A stretch of DNA of 64,000 nucleotides from Octopus vulgaris. Taxonomy: Eukaryota. A program made the translations under genes and the position numbers. A model generated the notes under the pieces. It did not search any database, was not told the origin of the DNA, and was given only the letters and a program-made list of their open reading frames with translations. The stretch covers positions 34,782,001-34,846,000 of the forward strand of contig OX597827.1 in NCBI GenBank assembly GCA_951406725.2, in the 5' to 3' direction. This document shows positions 1-10,163 of the stretch, one piece after another. The stretch's first letter is position 1. Each line of letters opens with the position of its first letter.

Positions 1-184
1 TTTGTTCTTCCCTCTCAGAACATTACAGTAGTCTGGACAACTGAATCTTAGTCAGTCAGTTGATGGGCTCCACTACCTCAAATGTTCTTAAAATTTAAAT
101 CCACATCTTTGTCTATGTATCTACCTTCTCTATAATGTTGGCACTTGATATGAAAATTTTTGAATTAATGGAAAACCTCTATAA

Positions 185-270
185 TTGGCTGATGAGTGCT
201 CAGCATTTTAAAACTGTTGTAATACTTACAACATTTAATAAAATGATGTAGTACCAAACGATCGTACCAA
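185..270 (+). ncRNA. Type I hammerhead ribozyme, degenerate (GAAA->CAAA)
   Basis: TTGG-CTGATGA(189-195)-long stem II (GTGCT..AGTAC, TGTTGTAA/TTACAACA)-CAAA(255-258)-palindromic CGATCG-TA-CCAA; followed ~35 nt later by (TA)n. Confidence 0.7.
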
Positions 271-303
271 ACTACCGGAGTCATTCTTGTTGCTTATTTT
301 GCT

Positions 304-328
304 TATATATATATATATATATATATGT

Positions 329-402
<74 letters not shown>
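304..402. repeat. (TA)n microsatellite (representative of dozens of (TA)n, (TG)n, (TATG)n, (CTAT)n and (AAT)n tracts in the window)
   Basis: Direct reading; these tracts generate most YIYI/VCVC/MYVC ORFs in the track. Confidence 0.95.
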
Positions 403-406
<4 letters not shown>

Positions 407-503
407 TTATATATACATACATTTATATAAGCATACATATATATATACATACATATATCTACATATATATACGTACATACATATACACACACACATATAT
501 ATA

Positions 504-664
504 CGTAGGAGTGGCTGTGTGGTAAGTAATTTGCATACTAACCACATGGCCCCAGGTTCAGTCCCATTGCGTGGCACCTTGGGCAACTGTCTTCCACTAT
601 AACCTCGGGCCGACCAAAGCCTTGTGGGTAGATTTAGTTGACGGAACTGAAAGAAACCCGTCGC

Positions 665-737
<73 letters not shown>

Positions 738-960
738 TGTGCGCGTGTGTGTGTGTGTGTGTGTGTGTGTTTGCGTTTATCCCCCACCAACGCTTGACAA
801 CTGATATTGGTGTGTTTACGACCCCGTAACTGAGCAGTTCGGCAAAAGAGACCGATAGAATAAGTACTAGGCTTACAAAGAATAACTCCTGGGGTCGATT
901 TGTTCGACTAAAGGTGTTGCACAAGCATGGCCACAGTCAAATGACTGAAACAAATAAAGG
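504..960 (+). mobile_element. tRNA-derived SINE family A, near full length
   Basis: Head GGAGTGGCTGTGTGGTAAG..GGTTCAGTCCC (box A/B-like), CCTTGGGCAA core, internal (TA)/(TG) tract, tail GCATGGCC.CAGTCAAATGACTGAAACAA; more than 10 related copies in window. Confidence 0.9.
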
Positions 961-1022
961 AATATATATATACATACGTATATATATATACATATATATA
1001 TACATACATTTATATATACATA

Positions 1023-1053
<31 letters not shown>

Positions 1054-1169
1054 AATCATATATACATGCATGTATCTACATATAAATATATATATACATA
1101 CATATATATATACATACATATATATACACATATATATATATATAGATACATATATATACCTATATATTC

Positions 1170-1235
<66 letters not shown>

Positions 1236-1279
1236 GTGTGTGTATGTATATATATGAGTAACAAAGAAGTACAGGTATC

Positions 1280-1365
1280 AATTCATTACGGCCGTTTCCA
1301 ACGATTTTAATTGATTAATGAAAACATTAGATCATCGTAAAGAAACCATTTTCTTCAAATGAATT
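1280..1365 (-). ncRNA. Type I hammerhead, degenerate (CUGAAGA->UUGAAGA)
   Basis: Minus strand AATTCAT-TTGAAGA-stem II-GAAA-CGGCCG-TA-ATGAATT; 7-bp stem I, palindromic stem III. Confidence 0.65.
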
Positions 1366-1540
1366 CATGGTCTCCAAGCATAAAGGTTATTAAACGTAGT
1401 TAACAAATTCACGGAGTTAAAATATTTGCATTGATCCTGCTATCATTCAGCTGGTAGAATGATAGCAGGATCAATGTAAATATTTAAACTCCGTGAATTT
1501 GTTAACTATGTTGAATTCAACTTTATGTTTGAAGATCATG

Positions 1541-1629
1541 AATTCATCTGACAAAAACGGTTGCTTTACAATGATGTAATGTTCCCTAAAATCGATTAAA
1601 GGAGTCGTTGGAAACAGGCGTAATGAATT
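1541..1629 (+). ncRNA. Type I hammerhead, degenerate (CUGACGA->CUGACAA)
   Basis: AATTCAT-CTGACAA-stem II (AACGGTT..AGTCGTT)-GAAA-CAGGCG-TA-ATGAATT. Confidence 0.65.
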
Positions 1630-2136
1630 GACACCTGTACCCTCTTTGTTACTCATATTTTATTCACCTATCCTGGAATCTGCGCTTTGTAAATATTATA
1701 GACAGTATTTTTAATATATAGTACATGTCTGAGGAGCTAAGAGCGGATTTCTTCACTCAGCTGGGTCTTATTATTTGCACACACTGCAAGAATATCACGT
1801 GGCTGGCACTTATGCACCATATCTGGTATTCACTTAATATTGTTGCGTATGCAAGTTTCTTCTACTATAGCCTCGGGGACAGCGATTATATAGCACCTGA
1901 AGAGATAAAACTGGATGCCATTATACAGGTAAACTTGTGCCAGGTCGCTCTTGAGCGTAACTGGTAACATGTAACCCATTACAACCTGTCGCATGGTCGG
2001 GTCATCGGCGACTAAACTGGCAACCCTATCAAGTTTGCTTGGTGAGGAGGGTGATTGCTGGACACCCTGCGGGAAAACAATTAAGACCCGTTAAAGGACG
2101 GAAGAAATACTGTGTAATCAAAGGCCAGTTCAAGTA

Positions 2137-2256
2137 CCTTGTCGCGGTGAGGTGCCTGTGTGCTCCATTGACCCGGAGAGCTATGCTGAAGGGAGAGAAG
2201 TCTCCAGGCAGGTCTTACCAGGCCAGACAAGTCGAAGGGTAGGAGACAGACAAAAC
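2137..2256 (+). mobile_element. RTE-clade LINE conserved 5' motif (BovB/Expander-like), no downstream ORF
   Basis: CCTTGTCGCGGTG..GAGAGCTATGC..GCAGG..CAAGTC..GACAAAAC matches from memory the conserved 5' segment of BovB/Rex3-type RTEs. Confidence 0.6.
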
Positions 2257-2311
2257 TTAGCGACAATAAATATATATGTATATATATGTGTATATATTTA
2301 TATGTATATAC

Positions 2312-2356
<45 letters not shown>

Positions 2357-2362
<6 letters not shown>

Positions 2363-2470
2363 ATCCAAACAAGAAAACACAGAAAAAAAAGAGAAAAAAA
2401 GAGAAAAAAACACAGCAACGCAGGACGTGGAACAATTAAAGTATTATTGACGCTCAGGAATGAAGGGAAT
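2357..2470 (-). mobile_element. Truncated copy of the small HHR element family at 5447-5655
   Basis: AGTTAATCCAAAC..GGACGTGGAACAA..GTATTATTG.ACGCTCAGGAA shared with 5447-5532; adjacent to (TA)n. Confidence 0.7.
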
Positions 2471-2519
2471 ATGTATGTATATATATTTGTATGTATAAAT
2501 ATATGTGTGTGTATATATA

Positions 2520-2555
<36 letters not shown>

Positions 2556-2557
2556 TA

Positions 2558-2863
2558 TTTTTATTTGTATTGCTTTTACGTCCTGTTCTTGTCACATTTT
2601 TTTCTTTCCTTGTTTTTACCCCTCTGCAAAGGAATTTTATTTAATTCTTTTGCAGGAAGGATTAGTTCGGCGGGTCGTGTTCTGTCCTTACCTTCGAAAC
2701 ACGCATTGAGTCGAACCAGGGACAGCTGATGAAGGGGAATATTCCTTGTATTGTTTGTCTTGTACTCTGTTTTTTCGTTGTTAAAAAAAAGTCCGTTTCC
2801 TAGTTTGTTTTTATATTTTCGTTTCTCGTTGAGTTCTACGTTTATTTGTGGTGTCCTGTACTC
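2558..2863 (+). mobile_element. Small non-autonomous element carrying a permuted hammerhead
   Basis: ~300-bp unique block between microsatellites, ends in (TA)n, contains the 2665-2735 motif. Confidence 0.55.
2665..2735 (+). ncRNA. Candidate non-circularly permuted (pseudoknotted) hammerhead ribozyme
   Basis: CGTG-TT-CTGTCCTT-A-CCTTC-GAAA-CACG...AGGGACAG-CTGATGA-AGG: stem III CGTG/CACG, stem I CTGTCCTT/AGGGACAG, stem II CCT/AGG, outer helix GTTCGG/TCGAAC. Confidence 0.65.
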
Positions 2864-2936
2864 ATATATATATATATATATGCATGTATATATACATGTA
2901 GATGTAGGTATGTACATATATATATGTATGCATATA

Positions 2937-3056
<120 letters not shown>

Positions 3057-3089
3057 ATGTGAGTATGTATGTGTGTATTGTGTGTGTGT

Positions 3090-3385
3090 AGGCTCAATGG
3101 CAGTGGTTGTGAGTGTTTATTGAGCGAAAGGACCTAAAGCTCCACGGGGCTCCGACAGTGGGTGGTGGCGAACCCTGCTGTACTCTTTCACCACAACTTT
3201 CTCTCATTCTTTCTTCCTGTTTCTGTTTTGTCACACTCTGTGTCACGCTGAATCTCCTCGAGAACTACTTTAAGGGTACACGTGTCTGTGGAGTGCTCAG
3301 CCACTTGCATGTTAATTTCACGAGCAGGACGTTCCGTTGATCGGATCAACTGGAACACTCGTCGACGTAACCGACGGAGTGCCAC
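3090..3385 (+). mobile_element. SINE family B head (internally deleted) with tail shared with SINE at 24736-25060
   Basis: GTTGTGAGTGTTTATTGAGCGAAA..CTAAAGCTCCACG as in 25201; tail TTTGTCACACTCTG..GTGTCTGTGGAGTGCTCAG as in 24900-25060. Confidence 0.8.
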
Positions 3386-3440
3386 GATATATAGATATGA
3401 ATATATGTATATGAATATATATGTATATATATGTATATAC

Positions 3441-3535
<95 letters not shown>

Positions 3536-3592
3536 TGTATGTATGTATGTATGTATGTATGTATGCATGTATGTATTTATATGTGTGTATGC

Positions 3593-3632
<40 letters not shown>

Positions 3633-4367
3633 AATCTTGCATGCATGAAGTGGATTCGATCCACCATAGCCAAACGCTGCAACAGAACTGTTCCCATGGT
3701 GGAACAATGGTTTTTCTTTGACAGCAGTTTTACATTTTCCAGATGCCGTTAGCTAGGCCGAAATAATGTTTTCACTTTCTAACCTCTTCTATTTCGCCAA
3801 AGGTTACCAACTAAACCTAACAAGACCACCAACTAAATCTGGTGACGACTCAACGTGGTCTGGCTGACCAACATTGGTCAGAGGGAGAAATGAAGTTTAC
3901 TGCCAGCAACTGTCAGACAACACCCTGTAATTCTCTCTAGCTCAAATTCTTTCAACATCATTTTATCTCTCTCTGTAATTACTTCTAAACAATGAAGAGA
4001 ACCCAAACTCAAACTTTACTTCGCATGCTTTTAGATGTATCAAAACCTGCCCGTGGAGGCAAGGTATTTGTAACGTAACGGTAAATAGATACTTCCTTAA
4101 AACTTCATGCATTGTCTATCTTTCACATCTTACAACATGCAGTTATAACAACAAATCTTTATCGTCACAACTGCTGACTATCAAAACATAAGGATAATGT
4201 TTACTAATCAATTTCTTTGCCGTTACATATATATGTATAAATACATGTATGTATGTATGTATGTATGTATGTATGTATGTATGTATGTATGTATGTATGT
4301 ATGTATGTATGTATGTATGTATGTATGTATGCATGCATGCATGCATGCATGCATGCATGCATGTATG

Positions 4368-4405
<38 letters not shown>

Positions 4406-4406
<1 letters not shown>

Positions 4407-4563
4407 TCTTTTACTCTTTTACTTGTTTCAGTCATTTGACTGCGGCCATGCTGAAGCACCGCCTTTAGTCGAGCAAATCGACCCCGGGACTTATTCTTTG
4501 TAAGCCCAGTACTTATTCTATCAGTTGTCAAGCAATGCTAGGGGGACAAACACAGACACACAA

Positions 4564-4610
<47 letters not shown>

Positions 4611-4773
4611 TACGACAGGCTTCTTTCAGTTTCCGTCTACCAAATCCACTCACAAGGCATTGGTCGGCCCGGGGCTATAGCAGAAGACACTTGCCCAAGA
4701 CACCACGCAGTGGGACTGAACCCGGAACCATGTGGCTGGTTAGCAAGCTACTTACCACACAGCCACTCCTGCG

Positions 4774-4775
<2 letters not shown>
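4406..4775 (-). mobile_element. SINE family A (internal deletion)
   Basis: Reverse complement of the 21761-22198 consensus. Confidence 0.9.
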
Positions 4776-4833
<58 letters not shown>

Positions 4834-4877
4834 TGTATGTATGTATGTATATACATATATATACGTATGCATATTTA

Positions 4878-5300
4878 TTCTTTTATTCTTTCATCCTTTT
4901 ATTTGTTTCAGTCATTCGACTGCGACCATGCTGGAGCACCGCCTTTGGTCGAACAAATTTACCCCAGGGCTTATTCTCTGTAGACCTAGTACTTATTCTA
5001 TCGTTCTCTTTTGCCGCCGAACTGATAAAATTACGGGGAGGTAAACACACCAACATCGGTTGTCAAGCAATGGTGGAGGGACAAATACTCACACATACAC
5101 ACACAGACACACGCATATCTATATATATATATGTGTGTGTGACGGGCTTCTTTCAGTTTCCGTCTAGTAAATTCACCCACAAGCTTTTGGTCGGCCCAAG
5201 GTTATAGCAGAAGGCTCTTGCCCAAGGTGTCTTGCAGTGGGATTGTACCTGGAGCCATATGGTTAGTAAGCAAGCTACTTACCACATAGCCACTCTTACG
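4878..5300 (-). mobile_element. SINE family A
   Basis: Reverse complement of family A; further partial copy at ~5683-5830. Confidence 0.85.
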
Positions 5301-5387
5301 TATGTATATGTGTGTGCCTATGTACGTATATATATGCAGATATATGTATGCATATATATATATATAAATGTATATATATATAAATGC

Positions 5388-5441
<54 letters not shown>

Positions 5442-5446
5442 ATATA

Positions 5447-5655
5447 TAGTTAATCCAAACATGAAAACACAAAGAGAAAACACAACAACGCGAGGACGTG
5501 GAACAAGTATAGTATTATTGGACGCTCAGGAAAGAAGGAAAGAAGGAGGGTTTAACGTTTCGAGCGGAGCTCTTCGTCAGAAATATAGGAAAAGGAAAGA
5601 TCCAAAGAAGGGAACACGGAGGAAAAAAATCGCCAACAGTACACACGCGGTCATA
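5447..5655 (-). mobile_element. Small element with minimal hammerhead, inserted in (TA)n
   Basis: (TA)n on both sides; related copies at 2357-2470 and 41953-42100. Confidence 0.7.
5551..5583 (-). ncRNA. Minimal type I hammerhead (Penelope-type)
   Basis: Minus: TTT-CTGACGA-A-GAGC-TCC-GCTC-GAAA-CG-TT-AAA; stem III reduced to palindrome AACGTT. Confidence 0.7.
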
Positions 5656-5859
5656 TATAATATATATATATATATATATACACGACGGGTCTCTTTCAGT
5701 TTCTCTCTATGAAATCCACTTACAAATCTTTGGTCGATCCGAGGCTATAATATAAGACACCTGCTCCAGATTCCACGCAGTGGAACTAAATCCGGAGCCA
5801 TGCAGTTGGGAACCAAGCTTCTTATCATGCATACACATACATATATACGTATATGTATA

Positions 5860-5989
<130 letters not shown>

Positions 5990-6002
5990 ATATATATATA
6001 TA

Positions 6003-6500
6003 TATATTTACGGATAAATATGTATTGTCTCCCTGGTTTATTATGCTAAGTCGCTTGGTGTTAAAATAAGGGTATTATTAAATTAATATCTAATTTTTTC
6101 ACCCTCATTTTTTAATTTATGAATTTGATACGCTGCAGTAAATATTACATGCGGTATTCGCTTCCACTAAGTCTTAGCATTTGCTTTTGGCGGGGAATTT
6201 GTAACTACAACCCTGAATGTAATCGATCAGACCGCATGGGTAATCGTCACCCGTGTAGGTCTGATAAATTGCATCGATGACAATGTTGCTGATGATTTAT
6301 AGATATATATGTGAGTATAATTAGCATATTATATTGATAAAGAAACAATTGTACAACATTAATCCACTTTTTAGTTGTATTTCACTTTCCTTACGTTGAG
6401 GGTAGTGCTATTTCTATGTGGAGGTATCGTCGGCGATTATACCGGAGGAGCTATTTCTAGCACTAGAGTTAACCTATTTAACGTTAACTCTCTTATATTT

Positions 6501-6507
<7 letters not shown>
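6003..6507 (+). mobile_element. Retrozyme-like monomer (~491-bp unit with 14-nt direct terminal repeat)
   Basis: TATATTTACGGATA at 6003-6016 and 6494-6507; internal intact HHR; (TA)n on both sides. Confidence 0.7.
6282..6360 (+). ncRNA. Type I hammerhead ribozyme, intact core
   Basis: AATGTTG-CTGATGA(6289-6295)-TTTAT..ATAAA-GAAA(6342-6345)-CAATTG-TA-CAACATT; predicted cleavage after A6353 (GUA). Confidence 0.85.
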
Positions 6508-6576
<69 letters not shown>

Positions 6577-6643
6577 TCGGGGTGAGTACTTGATAATTAT
6601 AAGCACCTATGTATACCGTTTGGTGGTGTAGGTGGTGGAGTAA

Positions 6644-7615
6644 ATTGATCAAAATAAAATAAAAACATGATGCGAAGGATTCAGCGGTACATATGTTTCG
6701 GGCCTTTATTAGACAGATTTATAACAATGCATAATGTATGTCTGTGGCCTTCTTCAGCCGCGCACAACAGCTTCCACAAGGACATGTGTTACATCAAAAA
6801 TTCTTGGTTGGGGATGCAAATCCTCTCATTCACGTACGACATAATGCGGCAGCAGCATAGAATTGAAGCGTCCATCTCTTTCTTCTCTCAATGTAGAATG
6901 AGGAAAATTGGATGTTGAGGTAATGTAAATAAATAAATACATATATAGAGGTGAAGATGGAGGGGCGAGAGTTCGGGACGAGGGATAAAAAATGTATAAA
7001 AAGTGTAAGTATAGAATAATATAAAAATGTAGAGGATAAAGATATAAAGAGTTGTAAGGAGATGTAAAGGGGGTATAAAGAAATATAAAGAAATATAAAT
7101 AAATGTAAAGGCATAAGGTTATAAAGTAAAAATAGAAATAGAAATAAAAGTAAAAAAACCTGATAAAAACATGATAAAAGTGTAAAAGAATGTAAAGATA
7201 AGGGATGTATAGAGGTTACGGACCAAGCATGGTGGTCAGGAGATTGATAAAATTTAGTTGTAGAATTGTCAGTAAATCGACAGTTTCGTCTGGGGACCTA
7301 ATGCGTTGTAAATCAGAGCTGATGAGCATTTAATCTGGCTCCTTGAATTAAATGGACTTCTAGTACATACATATCAACATGGATACATACACCCACATAC
7401 ACGCGTACATATATGCCTCCAAGCCTATAAGCATACACACGCACTCGCGTGTAAACACGTACATAAACACACACGCACCCACACGCACGCGCGTACACAC
7501 ACATACATACAACAGAATATCCGCATGTATCCACGGACATTATACGCGTACACACTCACATGTATATACGCGCGCCCATCACTACATACACACACGTATA
7601 TGCCCACGCCTCTAG
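6644..7615 (-). repeat. 3' pLTR / left arm of 972-bp inverted repeat
   Basis: Paired positions sum to 16786 throughout (ORFs 6667/10119, 6830/9956, 7313/9473 are mirror images); only two substitutions noticed. Confidence 0.95.
6684..6761 (-). ncRNA. Type I hammerhead in the PLE pLTR (element sense)
   Basis: Minus: GCGG-CTGAAGA-A-GGCC..GGCC-C-GAAA-CATATG-TA-CCGC; 4-bp stem I, palindromic stem III. Confidence 0.85.
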
Positions 7616-8667
7616 GTCTAGGTATAAGATATTAAAGGATGTGTATAAGAACGTATGTAAAGAATCCCGTCCTCATGTCTATACGTGCACGCACACACGG
7701 CTGTGTGTCCGTATGTGCGTGCACATATACACTCATATACACACACAGAGACACACGCGCACATGGGTCTAGCTATAAGATATCGAAGTATGCATGTACA
7801 TATATACGCGTGCATATGTATGTATGCGTATACACACGCACGCGGACGCTCGTATAGTCAAAAAGTGGATCCATAGGTAAGTAAAAAAACATATATAGAG
7901 GTGTAAAGCGATAAGTTATGGGTAAGAATGAGGGTAAGGGTGAAGATTAGAAATAAAAAATACAGTATAAAATAAGAAATACAATGTAATAGTTAGAAAT
8001 GAAATATAAGAATTGTAAAAATTATAAGAGTTAAGGTAAGGGATGAAAATAAAAATGAGAATAAATGGAAGTAGAATAAAAGTAAAAATAAAATTAAAAA
8101 TAAAAATAAATGGAAGTAGGATAAAAGTAAAAATAAAAGTAAAAATAAAAATAAAAATAAAATAAAATAAGATAAAAGTATAATTTGGTAAAGTTTAACA
8201 TGAGATGAAGGTGGTTGAAAGTTAGAGGTGTGTGTTAAACGTAGGGGCGGGCGGGGGGAACTGAAAATTGGAAGGGTGGGAAGTGGAGTTTGGCGGTGTA
8301 CGTTCAACATCCGAGTTAGAAATGTGAAAGGGTATAGATATAGGGAATTAAAGAGACTACATAGGGAGGATATGGGTGTAGGAGAAGAAATATTTAGGGA
8401 AAAGAAGTCATATATGGGAGACAAAATTTGTATATATAGGAGGAAAATGCAGGGAACCGTATATGCACATACACACACCCACACACACACACGCACACGC
8501 ACATGTACATGTATATATATATGTACACATACGTACACGTATGTGCACATACATACGCACACACACACACATACACATATACACGCACATATAGGAAAGC
8601 GGGATGTACTGGAGCCGACAGGTTGCACCGGGTGGGAGGAAATTGCATGGGGGAGTTGGTATAAGAC

Positions 8668-9261
8668 CTAAGCATTGTAGTATTTGAAAGTATTAATAAG
8701 TTTATGTATACAGGATGGTTTGAACTCTGACCTTTTGTTAATAAGATTGTGTTTGTCTTTGAATTTCAAGATGTTCAGGAGTTCTACACAACATAGTTGG
8801 CATCCTGCTCTATTATTTAAATAAGGTGCAGCTGATCCGATGATGGACCATCTGAGTTTGAAGCCTATGCATTTGTCTTTTAATTCCCAAATTCTTTTAG
8901 AGAGGGAGGTGCTGTTAGCCTTATGTCTGTGTCTCAGCGAGGACCGGTGGTTGTAGTATCTGGATTTCCAGGAGGTTGAGCAACCAATATAGGTGAGTGT
9001 GTTAAACTGAGTACTCACCTCACATGAGTATATTACGTTTTTCGCCCTACATGCGCCCTGCAGCGGGCACTTTGATGCACATCTGCAGTTGCATTGCATT
9101 GCATTATTCGGTCGTGTGCTGCTAATCGCAGGCGGAGGTGTTGCAATACGAGTGGGGGCGTTGGTATCCTCTAGAGGCGTGGGCATATACGTGTGTGTAT
9201 GTAGTGATGGGCGCGCGTATATACATGTGAGTGTGTACGCGTATAATGTCCGTGGATACAT
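8668..9261 (-). CDS. GIY-YIG endonuclease domain of a Penelope-like element (C-terminal fragment; first ~30 codons come from the inverted arm)
   Basis: CxCx5Cx5C linker (CNCRCASKCPLQGAC), NVIY..YIG, K.RY.NH, CxLC..E, LIN.RSE..C.H; no internal stop. Confidence 0.85.
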   Translation of the reverse strand: MYPRTLYAYTLTCIYARPSLHTHTYMPTPLEDTNAPTRIATPPPAISSTRPNNAMQCNCRCASKCPLQGACRAKNVIYSCEVSTQFNTLTYIGCSTSWKSRYYNHRSSLRHRHKANSTSLSKRIWELKDKCIGFKLRWSIIGSAAPYLNNRAGCQLCCVELLNILKFKDKHNLINKRSEFKPSCIHKLINTFKYYNA

Positions 9262-10142
9262 GCGGATATTCTGTTGTATGTATGTGTGTGTACGCGCGTG
9301 CGTGTGGGTGCGTGTGTGTTTATGTACGTGTTTACACGCGAGTGCGTGTGTATGCTTATAGGCTTGGAGGCATATATGTACGCGTGTATGTGGGTGTATG
9401 TATCCATGTTGATATGTATGTGCTAGAAGTCCATTTAATTCAAGGAGCCAGATTAAATGCTCATCAGCTCTGATTTACAACGCATTAGGTCCCCAGACGA
9501 AACTGTTGATTTACTGACAATTCTACAACTAAATTTTATCAATCTCCTGACCACCATGCTTGGTCCGTAACCTCTATACATCCCTTATCTTTACATTCTT
9601 TTACACTTTTATCATGTTTTTATCAGGTTTTTTTACTTTTATTTCTATTTCTATTTTTACTTTATAACCTTATGCCTTTACATTTATTTATATTTCTTTA
9701 TATTTCTTTATACCCCCTTTACATCTCCTTACAACTCTTTATATCTTTATCCTCTACATTTTTATATTATTCTATACTTACACTTTTTATACATTTTTTA
9801 TCCCTCGTCCCGAACTCTCGCCCCTCCATCTTCACCTCTATATATGTATTTATTTATTTACATTACCTCAACATCCAATTTTCCTCATTCTACATTGAGA
9901 GAAGAAAGAGATGGACGCTTCAATTCTATGCTGCTGCCGCATTATGTCGTACGTGAATGAGAGGATTTGCATCCCCAACCAAGAATTTTTGATGTAACAC
10001 ATGTCCTTGTGGAAGCTGTTGTGCGCGGCTGAAGAAGGCCACAGACATACATTATGCATTGTTATAAATCTGTCTAATAAAGGCCCGAAACATATGTACC
10101 GCTGAATCCTTCGCATCATGTTTTTATTTTATTTTGATCAAT
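9171..10142 (+). repeat. Inverted 5' pLTR / right arm of 972-bp inverted repeat
   Basis: Reverse complement of 6644-7615. Confidence 0.95.
10025..10102 (+). ncRNA. Type I hammerhead in the inverted pLTR
   Basis: GCGG-CTGAAGA(10029-35)..GAAA(10087-90)-CATATG-TA-CCGC; predicted cleavage after A10098. Confidence 0.85.
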
Positions 10143-10163
10143 ATATATATATATATATATATA

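Larger units (their letters stand above)
1252..1720 (+). mobile_element. Small fold-back HHR element (arms 1252-1448 / 1457-1658, tail to ~1720), Penelope-like/retrozyme remnant
   Basis: ~200-bp inverted arms (~85% identical by eye) around an 8-nt loop; each arm has a degenerate HHR; flanked by (TA)n. Confidence 0.7.
6572..10142 (-). mobile_element. 5'-truncated Penelope-like retroelement with inverted pLTR (Hydra-clade-like)
   Basis: C-terminal GIY-YIG ORF, ~972-bp inverted arms with HHRs, 72-bp 3' tail (6572-6643), (TA)n at both ends; no RT present. Confidence 0.85.

Noticed and set aside
1893-1940. GCAC-CTGAAGA...GTAAAC-TT-GTGC possible minimal hammerhead
   Set aside because: No convincing stem II and GAAA is disrupted
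2010-2060. Twister-like GAGGAGGG segment upstream of the RTE motif
   Set aside because: Could not build the twister P1/P2/pseudoknot pairings
6667-6918. 83-aa ORF duplicated at 9868-10119
   Set aside because: Duplication is simply the inverted arm; antisense to the ribozyme, no protein motif
7283-7345. CTGATGA and GTTTCG motifs inside the pLTR
   Set aside because: The two core motifs lie on opposite strands; no consistent hammerhead fold
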